Assembly (NCBI GenBank): GCA_965649765.1
Contig: OZ287750.1
Span: 26,040,001 to 26,104,000 of the forward strand
Origin: Bispira polyomma
Lineage: Eukaryota
Length of the DNA: 64,000 nt
Direction: 5' to 3'
Shown here: positions 26,501 to 38,029 of the stretch, piece after piece
Position numbering within the stretch: the stretch's first letter is position 1
How the letters are laid out: the number at the start of each line of letters is the position of its first letter
Position numbers and translations under genes: made by a program
The notes under the pieces: generated by a model
The model's database searches: none
The model's input: the letters and a program-made list of their open reading frames with translations, nothing else
Told to the model about the DNA's origin: nothing

Positions 26501-28568
26501 CTAAGTTAAGACAAAGACTCTTTGTGAATATGCTCCATGGAGTTTAGTATTTTTAGAAAATGTTGACACATTGAAAACGTATTTGTTATTTTCCTGTTAC
26601 AGCACAATAATAAAAACAACACCATATGTACACAATGATTTACACAGACTAGTGAATGATCTGATCTGTAATATTTGCATTGAGACAAGGTGGTCCTCAT
26701 ATTGGAGAAAAAATCTTTTATGGCTAATTTTAGGTGCCTTACTGTAATATTTGTGACACATGCAACTGTTTCTAATACTGTCTTTACTTTGACCAAGGCT
26801 ACATATATGGTGTATTTGTTTTATATCCTACGTGTGTAGAACACCAAGGATGCTTCACCTGGCTTCAACATCTGGTCATAAATGAGAGAAACAGAAATAG
26901 ACTTTCTGTTTCCTCTGTTAGACCCACCAGGAGGGTGGATCAAGAACTTTCTCTACTACTCCCTTATGTTATGGAATGGTCTCCCAGTCGCGACCTAAGA
27001 TCACTTGAAACAGTATCTGGGTTTAGAAAACAGCTTTATTAGGAGCTTTATTGCCGATTTTAGGAGCCTTACTGTAATCTGTGACACATACAACTGTCCT
27101 TGCTCTGACCATTGAGGCTACCTATATATTGTATTCTTTTTATATCCTACATGTGAAGAGCACCAAGGATGATGCTTGCTTCATCTGGGGCTACATTCAA
27201 GTTTTATTCTTAACTTAGCCTTAAGCTTGACATTTATGTTTAATTCAAACAGTTTTAGACTATCTTTGTGTTAAGGGCAAAGTTAACACTGACCAAGTTT
27301 CTTTGTTACTGTCATTTGGATTGTAAGAGCAAATCTTCACATTTTCAGCCAAAATCTTAGGCTTAAGACTAACAATAAGACATTTAGATGGCAGGTTTTT
27401 GACCTCTCGTTGACAGGTTTTTTGGTTGGACACCTCTAAATGTCAAAGAAATTGTGGGTTATTATTCTGATGGAGTAGGGCTCCCAAAGTTTAATAAAGT
27501 TTATATTTATAAATGCTCTTGTGTTTAACTTTGTTTTTCACCATAATATGTTATACGCTTGGAGGTTTTATTATATGCCCAGAGATATAATATATTTGTT
27601 GTTTTTAGCAACCCCCCTCCGACCGGCCTTTTTTAAAAGGCTACTCTTGTATATACCTATCTGTAAAGAACACCATTTGCAAGGTTGCTTCATCTGGCTT
27701 ACATATGGCCTCTCGTTGACATTCATTTTCTCACATTGAGTGCATCTTCTATAGTCACTTCAAGAGAACAATGTTTCCCCATTGTTAATGTCACCTTGTA
27801 CTATATAAGTCTGTGTAATTGTTATAATTATTGTTATTAAAAATAATAAGGTTCAAGTGTAATTTTTATAAGGCATAGCATGATGTTGTTTTGATTCTAA
27901 AAAGGGCGTCACTATTGATAAAACGAACAACCATCTTACAAATACTGTGTAAGGAGTCATAGATTGGTTGGAACCAATTAACCCGTTCAAACTGAGGGGT
28001 GTCAGCTTAATATTATCAGATGCAACCAGACATTGCTGCCATGTTTGAAATAATATGCAAGGCCATGGATTGATTGCAAACAATCGACCTGGCAAAACTG
28101 AGGGTGTCAGATTAACATTTCGAACCCTGTTTTTAATGTTTCAATTTAGTGCCTGGCATTGTAAATTTGGCAAAAGCTGTTCTAATTTGGCACAAATGTA
28201 TAAAAGGTGTAAAACCATACTTAAAAGTCATATTGTTCACCCAAACTAAATAGAAACATTTCTGACCTGGCAATCTATGAATTACTAATTTTATCTCCTG
28301 TGCCAGATTACAACACTATTGGCACTAATATAATAATTGTTTTATATATCAATTTTGATCCATTGAGCTTGCATAAAATGCATATAATAAAACCCAAGTG
28401 GTATGCAATTGCCATATTAAAGTGTCACTACACTATTTTCTAATGTAGTGTTCTTACTACCATTAAATAAAATAAAATATATAGTCAAGGAAGCATTCTT
28501 AATTTAATTAAAATTTTGTTTTCACTTATATGATAGATAAAGAGCTTGTTGCATGTACACCAAATGGT

Positions 28569-28710
28569 CTATTAGGGCCTTTAGGCCTTAAGCTAGGGAT
28601 AAGATATGACTGTCTGACTTTTAGCGAGGGGCCGCTATGTATAATTAGGGTCCCCTTGCTAAAAGTCAGACAGTCGTATCTAACACCCAGCCGTAAACAC
28701 CAATAAGTTT
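28569..28710. mobile_element. Palindromic MITE-like hairpin
   Basis: 30-bp arms at 28602-28631 and 28652-28681 with two mismatches; weaker pairing outside them. Confidence 0.6.
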
Positions 28711-28786
28711 ACCTAATGTAGTGCCACTTGGTATTTATCTAAATAAATGAAATAGAATTCTAGTGAATATTACAGAAATGTCTCTG

Positions 28787-29101
28787 CAGGGGCGTAGCTA
28801 CCATTAACGCCAGTACGCCCAGGCAAGAAAGAAAAAAAAAAGAAAAAAAAAAAAATTTTGAAAAAAATTTGAAAAAAATAAATAAATTTAAACTTTCTTT
28901 TTATTGTGTTTGTTTTAGTAGTAACATAGATTCCTGTTGTTAAATAAAAAAATTTTGGTCCCCCAATTAAACCAAACTATTACCTTGATGTCCCCCCCCC
29001 CCCCCCCACCCCACGAATTGAATTTTTGGTAGGACAAAAAAGAACATAATATATTGGTTTAATTTGGGAGTAACAGATGAAAAATTCTGGCTACTCCCCT
29101 G
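28787..29101. mobile_element. Non-autonomous TIR element (CAGGGGCGTAGC type)
   Basis: TIR CAGGGGCGTAGCTA / TGGCTACTCCCCTG, apparent CTCTG duplication, A- and C-run interior. Confidence 0.7.
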
Positions 29102-30110
29102 CTCTGTTTTATAAACCTTTTATTATCTAAGCAAAAAGTTGCTCTCCAAGCATGTTCGGATAATAGAGTTTCTAGTGTGGTAACATACAAGAATTCGGAT
29201 TCACTTGATGTATGCACAAATCCATAGGGAATTAAGTTGACCCTACAGATACAGGAATTCAATGTTATCTATATAGAATTTATGATTTCTAATACCGGTA
29301 TTGACAACCACCAGAAAGTGTCCGACTTGGGCACAAAGTCAGCTGAGTTACGGGTTATATAAAAAGTTTAACTAACAGATGTGAGTTGGAAAAGCAAAAT
29401 TATTATAGTGTTCTGTTTTTTAAATATTAAAATGTCCACTAAAAACAGAAAATATGTTCAGCTCCAATACTTTCTGAATACCCGATTTGGCCAAAAGATA
29501 TGCTTGAAATTGTTCTAGCTCAATCCATGTCCAGGTTAATCTACAGGTTTGTGTTACAGCAATTAAAGATACCCACAATACCTGAAACTTTGGTTATTTC
29601 TCCTAAAGTTTAGCTGGAACTATTCATTACAGGTATTTTTGTAAAGGTTGCCAAAACATGTAAGATGGCTGTCATAATCAAAATCATATTCAGAATTTTA
29701 TCTCATAATAATTCCTAAATTCCTAAAAAGGTAAAAAATAGGAGTTTGAAATACCTCTGTCATGTTTCCAAGAAAACCAGCATATTTTGTAAAAGAATGT
29801 AGAAATTCAAAAATGGCTGCACAAACTAACAATTTTTGGAATTTTATCAAAATGTAAATCTATAATTCCTGAGTAGCATTGGTGGTGTGGTAGTAACTGA
29901 CACTTGCATCCCATCTCTGTAGTCAGGGCTTTGAATGTCAACTCTGGCAGGCACATGGGAAAGTTGGCAGTAGACTTGCTGAAGGCCAGTGGGTTACAGC
30001 GAAGAAATTCTTCAAAATTGTATCTGCCTCATTGATTATTTAAAATGACAAAGTGTTGTTTTTTTGTCAAGGTCTCCGAAATTCAAGATTGTTAGAAGAA
30101 AGGGGTAAAA

Positions 30111-30175
30111 CTGACATTTTTAAGTCAAGTACCTGACATTTTTAAGTCAAGTACCTGACATTTTTAAGTAAAGTA
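30111..30175. repeat. 3 x 22 bp tandem repeat; other short tandem duplications at ~16728-16800 (38 bp), ~17273-17328, ~36070-36310 and ~63575-63755
   Basis: CTGACATTTTTAAGTCAAGTAC repeated. Confidence 0.8.
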
Positions 30176-31079
30176 TTGTATACGGTGAAAGATGTTTAAC
30201 ATCTAAAGCAAATTTATAGTATTTACCAGTAAAAATGGTGACCAGAGTGCATATTACCTCTCAGACCCAGTATAGCAACAATAACAAATCTAAATTCCTG
30301 CAAAAACTCACAGAATTTTTATCTCTACAGCATCTTCTATAGTAGTGGCTTTACTGCTCAGAAGTATGATCAAGTTGGTCGGTTAACCTGTACAAATGAG
30401 TAGTGCTTTGTCAGCAAACACGGACATAAAACAACTCAACGATGTTATCTATTGAGGAGAAAGGAAGAGGGAATAAAAAAAGGATGTGTATGGGGGTGTG
30501 GGGGGGGGGGGAAGTAAACATTATCCGAGTGAACACAAAAATTCTGAGTACAGAAAGATTAGTTGAGAAAACAAAGAAGTCTAGGGCCAAACAGTCAGCT
30601 GACGAGGGAGAATCAACAACAATCATAGTAGAACCTCTATTATCTGAACTTCTGTTATCCAACTACCTTGTAAGAAGTAAGAATTTTAGCCAGAAATTTT
30701 TTTTCAATCATTTGAGAATATTTTGAGACATTCACTAGAATTTCTTTCTTTTTTTAGTTAAATTATCAATACTGGTCCAAATTTTCACTGGGAATTAATT
30801 TGCAATATCCTAATTAGTTTTAGGTTCTATAGAAAATTGTTACTTTTACAGTATTTAATTTGATAAACAAATTATAGCTCTCCCAAATTCTATATTCCTA
30901 TTGTAACGATGTATATGTTTGGTTTTAGTACGACCCTGGGTCGAGAGTGTTCTGGTAAATAAACATGCTTTGTTTGTAGTTTCTCTTGTATGTTATGATA
31001 CAAACATGACATGGTACCAGAAATAAAACTGCTGCAAACAAATCCACAAAACAATCCCAGTTTATCTGGTGCAACTTAA

Positions 31080-31382
31080 CTCTTTCGACTCCAAGAGAAC
31101 ACCATCGCAGAGAACTGAAGGAAATTTTTCTGGTATAGCTAGGTTACAGATAGCTGAAGTCACTAAAACACACACCACAAACTACTTCTGGTATTCAATA
31201 ACAGCATCTCATATAATTTTTAAATCAAGGAAGTCTGCTATACCAACAATTTCCTATTGTGAGGAACTAAAGGAACATGCAAAAAATATTTAGGGGTGTC
31301 GAGGACTTTTTACTGATAGACATAGCTTTTGGGAGTAACAAATGCCGTGGGCTGCTAGTTGACAACTTAGGGCTCAAAAGGG
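31080..31382. mobile_element. piggyBac-like MITE family; copies at 17109-17471, 33567-34264 (interrupted), ~6546-6690, ~47068-47200 and ~60563-60750; a second family at ~48730-49141
   Basis: TTAA-C(C/T)CTT...AAGGG-TTAA termini; shared interior GGTTACAGATAGCTGAAGTCACTAAAACAC. Confidence 0.75.
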
Positions 31383-31829
31383 TTAAACTAAAATGCCTCT
31401 TCTATTTTTCTAAACCTTCTATTATCCAAACTATCAATCAATTGCTGTCTTAACATGTTAAGATGATAAAAGTTGCACTGTAATTATGTGTATAACTGAA
31501 GATTGAGTCTTAAAGAACGCATCAGTTATCAATTTACACAAGCTTCTTTGGCTTGACACTGGGGTTAGAACTGAGTGAATAGAGGACGCTTGTCACTTTA
31601 AAGCCAGACTGGGATCAAAACCAGGGTCCTCTGGCTTTCTAAGTGAATGTCTTACACACTAGGCCAAACTGCCAGATGTTGTTATATAATACAAACTCAT
31701 CCTGCCATGCGAATTCTTCCTGCCTATAACAAAAACTACAAAAATGCATGTCATATATAAGTTATAACATTTATAACTATAGTAGAATGCTACTTAGCCA
31801 AACAAAGGTCTCCTGTAGCCAAGTGGTAA

Positions 31830-32058
31830 TGTGGCAGTCACACTGTCCAAATTCCTGCAATGTTTATACCAGTTTACTCCCGATCATTAGAACTTGGGTG
31901 GTCAGGAGAGAATGGGGGAAAATTTTCATTTGCATATATTTGCATTCACCATTCATGCCCCGATTAGCCCTGTTAAGCCCACGTTTTATCCAGATCACAC
32001 AAGTCCTTCACATCGGAAGTAAACAGCTCTATAGAGCTTGGACAGTGTGACTGCCACA
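31830..32058. mobile_element. PIF/Harbinger-type MITE inserted in a SINE head
   Basis: Perfect 21-bp TIR TGTGGCAGTCACACTGTCCAA with TAA TSD. Confidence 0.88.
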
Positions 32059-32580
32059 TAAGGGAGTCGGTCTGGTAATCAGATGGTCTTTGATTTAACT
32101 CCAGACTATTTATTAAGATCATGATTAGAATCGTTTATCAACTACTGATATTGCACTTTGGAAGATGCCTGGCACCAGATAATCTAATCGAATGTGACAT
32201 TCACACTGTCCAAGTTCACGCCCCGGCATTGCCGTTTACTCAAGACCTGAAGAACTTAGCTGATCGGGAGAGAAAAGGCAGGGAAAATGTTCATTTGCAT
32301 TCACATATGTGGAGATTAAATAAATGTGAGTAGGTAAGTGTATTTTGAAATTCCATTTTACAAGAAGTTATAGAAAATCATATCCAATTGCAATGGTGTT
32401 ATTATACATGTGGAGACAGAATAATAAATTATAGACTACGAAAGTTAAATATTCGTTCAAAATGTTTTGTTTTTTTTAAGAAACAAGCAAATTGTTAGAG
32501 TAACAAACTGTCAGGATAATCAGGAGTAGCAAAAATATGATTGATAAATCAAAAGAAAATAAAAAAGAAAATTATTAAAA

Positions 32581-32700
32581 TGCTGGGTACATTTCCTCTC
32601 GCCCTTCAATTTAGGTGCTTGGTACTTTTCTTGCTGGGAACTTTAACGCTGGGCACTTTTCCTGCTGGGAATTTTTTCTGCTGGGTACTTTTGATGGATT
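32581..32700. repeat. Array of ~15-bp GCTGGG(A/C/T)ACTTTT motifs, probably a DNA-transposon subterminus; reverse-complement copy at ~44858-44942
   Basis: The same motif array appears on opposite strands at two loci. Confidence 0.6.
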
Positions 32701-33226
32701 TTTTTTGATATATACTTATCAGATGGCCAACTTTACTAGGTCTGTAGCTAATATTTGTACTCGATGGCAGAGGTTTTGCACTCTACAGCATATGAGTTAC
32801 TTTTGTGTTTTTTACACACTGATGGGTCTTTCCCATACTTTCTGTACTGCTACAGAAACTAAAATAGCTAATTATACGTGTACAGCAAACAATCAATTAA
32901 TGAGCTTTGAGGTGAAAAACACCATAATAAAGAAGTCACAAAAGCTCTTCTATACCTGTGTAATGTTTACATGTTCAGAAGCTTTGTGTTGGAAAATTGT
33001 TATAAAAAAGGTGAGAGAGTGTCTAAAAACAGTTAATTAGTAATTATAAAGACCGGAAGTGCGCATACAACACAAAAGCTGTCAGTGCGCAATTCATAAC
33101 CGTACTTTATCTGGGAGAATAGATCACGGATAAATAGTTCCGTCAGTAGCTACAAAAATAGTTCACAGTAAGTTGGAAAATATCTGAGTATTGCTCAAAA
33201 ATATACTGTTGCCAGTCTTTATAATA

Positions 33227-33330
33227 GAAATAAAGTACACGGGCTTGTACTTTATTGGCGCTCGTCCATTATTCCGCCGTAAGTCAGTCCTTGATTCGCC
33301 AATAAAGTACTCGCCCTTGAACTTTATTTC
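33227..33330. mobile_element. 104-bp palindromic MITE
   Basis: 34-bp arms GAAATAAAGT.CA.GGGC..GTACTTTATTGGCG with 4 mismatches, flanked by TA. Confidence 0.75.
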
Positions 33331-33809
33331 TACATAAACCTGTACTATCTTTGGAGAGTGCTAGAGTCATAAATTTAAGAAAATGTATTTTACAGTATAA
33401 ACCATAGAAAAATATCAATTTCGGAGAGTTAAATTAAGTTATTAAAATAGAATATTTTAGATAACAAAAGTACAGATAATAGAGGTTCTACTGTATGAAT
33501 TTCACACGATCTTTTGGAAGTGAATGTATTAATTTAGCTACAATTTGTGTCATGTCAAAGACTTACCCCTTATGACCCCAAAAGAAAAGGGGTCGCCGGA
33601 AACTAAAAGAAATATTTTCGGGTAATAGGTTACAGATAGCTGGTGTCACTAAAACACACATCACAGACTAGTTCCTGCATGCAATCACAGCTTTATTTAT
33701 AATTAGGTATAACAAAGGAGTCTGCGGTACTAACAATTTCTTTTTGCAAGGAACTGAAGGAAAACAAAATAATATTTCGGGGATGTGGACAAAGATTGGT
33801 TCTGGGAGT

Positions 33810-34195
33810 AAACTGCATGGCTGGTTCAAAATCATTTAAAGTTGCAGCACCTGCTCTGAGTGAAATGGTCTCACTACTAAATTCTAAAATAAAATATGCA
33901 TATCCATATACACCCATATATATAAATTTATAACACTACTTCCTATCTACATCTTATCCAAACACTATATATGTATATTTGAGGCACTGTGTGTACTAGT
34001 CTTTGCACTGAGACAAGAATTACAGGCTTCAGAAAAAAGCTCAAGACACATTTGTATCAACTCGCCTTTCCACCTCAACTTTCATCTCCTGGTTACGACT
34101 GAACTCTGATCACAAACCTTTTTCTTCTATTGGACTATTCTTTTGCATACTGATTAGGATGTGCACCACAGAGGATGCCTGGTCATGATCGATTA
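33810..34195 (+). mobile_element. L2-type LINE 3' fragment nested in a piggyBac-like MITE; related copies at ~56880-57127 (+) and ~54675-54870 (-)
   Basis: Reads SFKVAAP...FRKKLKTHL. The 3'UTR GGATGTG(C/A)ACCACAGAGGATGCCTGGTCAT is shared by all three copies. Confidence 0.7.
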
Positions 34196-37100
34196 TGCCC
34201 CAAGAGAAGTAAAAATCAAATAAATGCTGTTGGCTGCTTTCCGACAACATAAGGGTTGAAAGGGTTAAAAGATGTACAACAATATTATCCCTAAAAAGTT
34301 TTCCTTTGTATCTGCATTTTTCTCTTATGGACAGTTTTGTGCTTTGTCATTAGTCATCATATAGTCGTTTAAAAAAGAGAAGAAACCAGAAACACCTACT
34401 GTGTTCTATCTACAAAAAAACCTACAATAGACCATTGACGCATGTATTGTATTGTTCAGGTGTGTCTGGGTGTAAATATACTGTCGCCCACCCAAAAAAA
34501 CCCTTAACGTATCTACATGTAGTTATTTGCAGAGAAACAATATCTGACATGGACATCCCAAACATAAAAATACACACAATTTTGTGTTAGCAAATACTTA
34601 CTGAATTACAATGAAGAGGATTTGTCAGTTGTTAGGAATATGAAAGATTAAATGTATATTAGAGATTACAAATGTACCTTTTTTTAGTACAACAGGAATC
34701 AATCATATGATTAATTATATTATATGCTTAGAGCACGATATATATGAAGAAATAAATAAAAATAAAGTCCAGGAAATTAAAAGGGAGGGGGAGGGGGAGT
34801 AAAGGGAGGTAGGAAATTGGTGCACCAGAATAAGTGTTCATATTATGGCAGTGAAACTATAAAAAGTAAAGAAAGGAAAAAAAAGACAGCTCACTGTGGG
34901 AAAAAATTGGGCACATGATAAGAATTATCGAGCTTAATCTAGCCTGGTTTACTTCTATTCTGCTTGTATTGGTAAATAATATTTTGAGATGGACACATTT
35001 ATCCAGAGAAACCACTCCCAATACCTAGGTCTCATTTACACGGATGCCCATCATAAATGCACCATGGACGCCCAATAGCTGCCCAATTTGTCTTTATTTC
35101 TTCAGAACATAAACAACACCAAACCGACCTGTCAATCATTTTCCCTTGTTGTGAATAGCCTTCACAGAAGAAACATGTATACTGATCAACTACAGTAAGA
35201 CCAATTTAACTAAACGTGTCAGCAGATTGATAATGTTTGGATAACAAAAAAAGACAACTTACATTATCTAAATTTCTCTAATATGAATAATGTATTTTAT
35301 ATACTCATATATCTACACAACAACGGTTCTAGTGACCTATTGTGTTACACCTATCCGATAAAAATCTTAAGGACTTTACAGACCCACCCACGAAACGACA
35401 CAGCTTTTTTTTTTACAGATTTCTCCAACTTAAATTGCAGTGTCGTGCTGGAACCAGTCTGAATAATCAATATATATTGTCTTGTTTCTATTTTTATGTA
35501 GTCTCGTGTCGTGGGTTGTCTGTAAAGCATTTTACTCTCCAAATATGTTCGGATAATAGAGGTTCTATTGTTTATTAAAATGTAGCTCAAATGCTTTTTC
35601 TGATTTATGAGCTTTCTATTAACCAGACAAAAGTTTTGCTGTCTGAACATGTTTGATTAATAGAAGTTGTACTGTATAAATCTTCAGGAAAATCTCAATT
35701 TTGTACAGAAATATTTAGTGCAAAAATTTAATACACTAAAACCTCTTATATTTGAACATGTTGCGGGAGCAAAATTTTGTTCGTATAATAAAAGATTCAT
35801 AAAATAAAGGTATTTCTGTAAAACATAAATTTTAGGGAGAGTGAAAATGAGGTCATAAAATTAAATATTCGGATAATAGAACTTTGGATATTAAAATTTA
35901 AGGTTCTACTGTATTTGGAAAACCTACATGATCATGGATTATAAGAGGCTCTACTACAACAGATGTCTGTTGAGGCTAGTAACGTCTATGACAAATACTT
36001 CCCAAGATCTTTTCTAGAACAAGTTTTCCTATATGTAGACTGATAATAACTTTATGGACATTAATAGCTCTCCAGTGGTAAACAAATGAGGAACCTTGTT
36101 TCGGCTTACGTTCACGATATTTTGATTGGTTTAAAAATGATAATTTAATAATCCATACCATTGGTGATTCCATTGGTGTTCTGTTTCAAACCACTTTAAA
36201 CTTTTATTTTGAGAAACCCCAACTGTTCTGCGGTAAACAAATTAGAAATCTTGTTTTGCTTTGTGTCCTTGATTCTGATTTGCTAAAAATGATAATTTAA
36301 TACACCATACATCATGAACTGATGGTGCTCTATTTACTACCACTATAAACATGAAATGAAAAGAAACTGAAACTGTAAAGGCCTATAGAATATTAATTTC
36401 TTAAAGTTCATCATTCAATTAATTTTAGAAATGATTCACTAAATTGTAGCTATTGGAATTGACAGACACAGTAGAACCTCTATAATCTAAACTTCTATTA
36501 TCCATATATTTGATTTTATGAACCAATCTCCCAAATTTATGTTTTCCTATTAATGTTTTAGACAGGAAATGCCATTTTAGTTTATGAACTTCTAATATTC
36601 AAACAAAATCTTGCTCTCCTAACATACATTCAGATAATAGAGGGTCTACTGTACTTTACTCATACATTTAGATTCACAGCCACTTGAGCTGGTTGTGGCT
36701 TCTAATTTGGGGAAGTTAGCAGTAGACTTGCTGAAGGTCGGTTGAACCTTAACCAACCACCCTGTTGTGATTTCCTCAAATAGTGAACTGCCTGTTGCGA
36801 AACATGTTAAAAGTTCTGTTAATTCCAAAATAAAATAATAAACGGTAACCCTCCAGGATAAGCTATGTTATGGCCTAGTGGTAAGGGAGTTGGTCTGGTG
36901 ATCAGAAGGTCCCCGGTTAAACTCCTGCTGGTTGGGGGAGTCAGTCTGGTGATCAGAAGGTCCCCAGTGCGACAATATACAATACATTACACTACAATAC
37001 AAAACCATGGATTAATATATGATTACTTGGGCCGCCGTGGCGCAGTGCTGACACATTCACCTCCCACCTTTGAATTTCGGCTGGGGCTTTAAGTATTAAA

Positions 37101-37622
37101 GTTGGCAGTTTAACTTGCCAATGGTCACTGGTTTACAGCATAGAATATTGACCAATTACTAGTACACACTAGTTTCCTCTAGCACTGAAACTGCTTGACA
37201 TAATATATGACCTATAAAATGTGTTTAAAGCGACATTAAACCCAAAATCAAATACATGATTAATTTAGTCAGTGATTTTTAGACTGGGCCTGAGAAAGAC
37301 CAGAAATGCTGCACTTATAAAAGATGTTATTTTTTCCTCCTTTGCTCTATAAATGGGCCCATGGAGAGCTGAGTCGGCAGATTACAGCTGTACTTCTGGG
37401 ATCATACGATGCAACATATCAGCCTTCTTATTAGACCCTCTACAAAATGGTCCCACTGTTGTGAATTGTACACTCATTAGCTAATAGCTCAGCTATGTCC
37501 AATATATTACATGCCTTTCCAACACCAGGGGGTTGTTTCAAAATGGCACCCTTTTCAGGGGGAGTGCCATTTTGACATCTCAATAACAAATTAACTACAA
37601 ACTACTAAAAAATATAATAATA

Positions 37623-37793
37623 CAGTGAAACCCTGTTGAGTCGAATCTGTAGGGACTATAAAAATGTGTTCTACTTGAACTTTTACTTGACAGGGGCAAT
37701 TTATATTTGAAATATAGCAGTGGGACCTTTAAATAACTTCTACTTAACAGGTAATTTCACTTATCAGAGTTCTACTTAAAGAGGTTTATATTG
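37623..37793. mobile_element. Tc1/pogo-type MITE family 2; inverted copy at 17809-17982, relatives at ~9418-9606, 18823-19001 and 61540-61690
   Basis: TA-CAGT termini; repeated TTCTACTTAA / TTAAGTAGAA motifs. The 17809 and 37623 copies are reverse complements of each other. Confidence 0.72.
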
Positions 37794-37864
37794 TGCTAAT
37801 ATCATGTCTGTTCACTAGCGCTTTGACGAGGACTAATAAAACAGAAAAAATATGCACATGTACA

Positions 37865-38010
37865 GTATTTAGATTACATTTACACATGGTAAGTTTTTCT
37901 GAAGAGATATGACTAATTGTTTTATGAAGGAAGTTCTGATTCACAGTTTTTGTATGTTTTCAGGAAGTTTATTCCAAAGCTCTGGGGCTGCTTTTCCAAA
38001 GGCTTTGTAA
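37865..38010 (-). mobile_element. Old LINE 3' remnant
   Basis: Minus strand reads YKAFGKAAPELWNKLPENIQK, the typical L2/CR1 ORF2 C-terminus. Confidence 0.65.
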
Positions 38011-38029
38011 AACTATAAACTACTAAACT

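Noticed and set aside
33050-33175. Promoter or first exon (ACCGGAAGTG plus gtaagt)
   Set aside because: No linked downstream exon could be shown, and it lies among transposon-like sequence. Not excluded, but unsupported.
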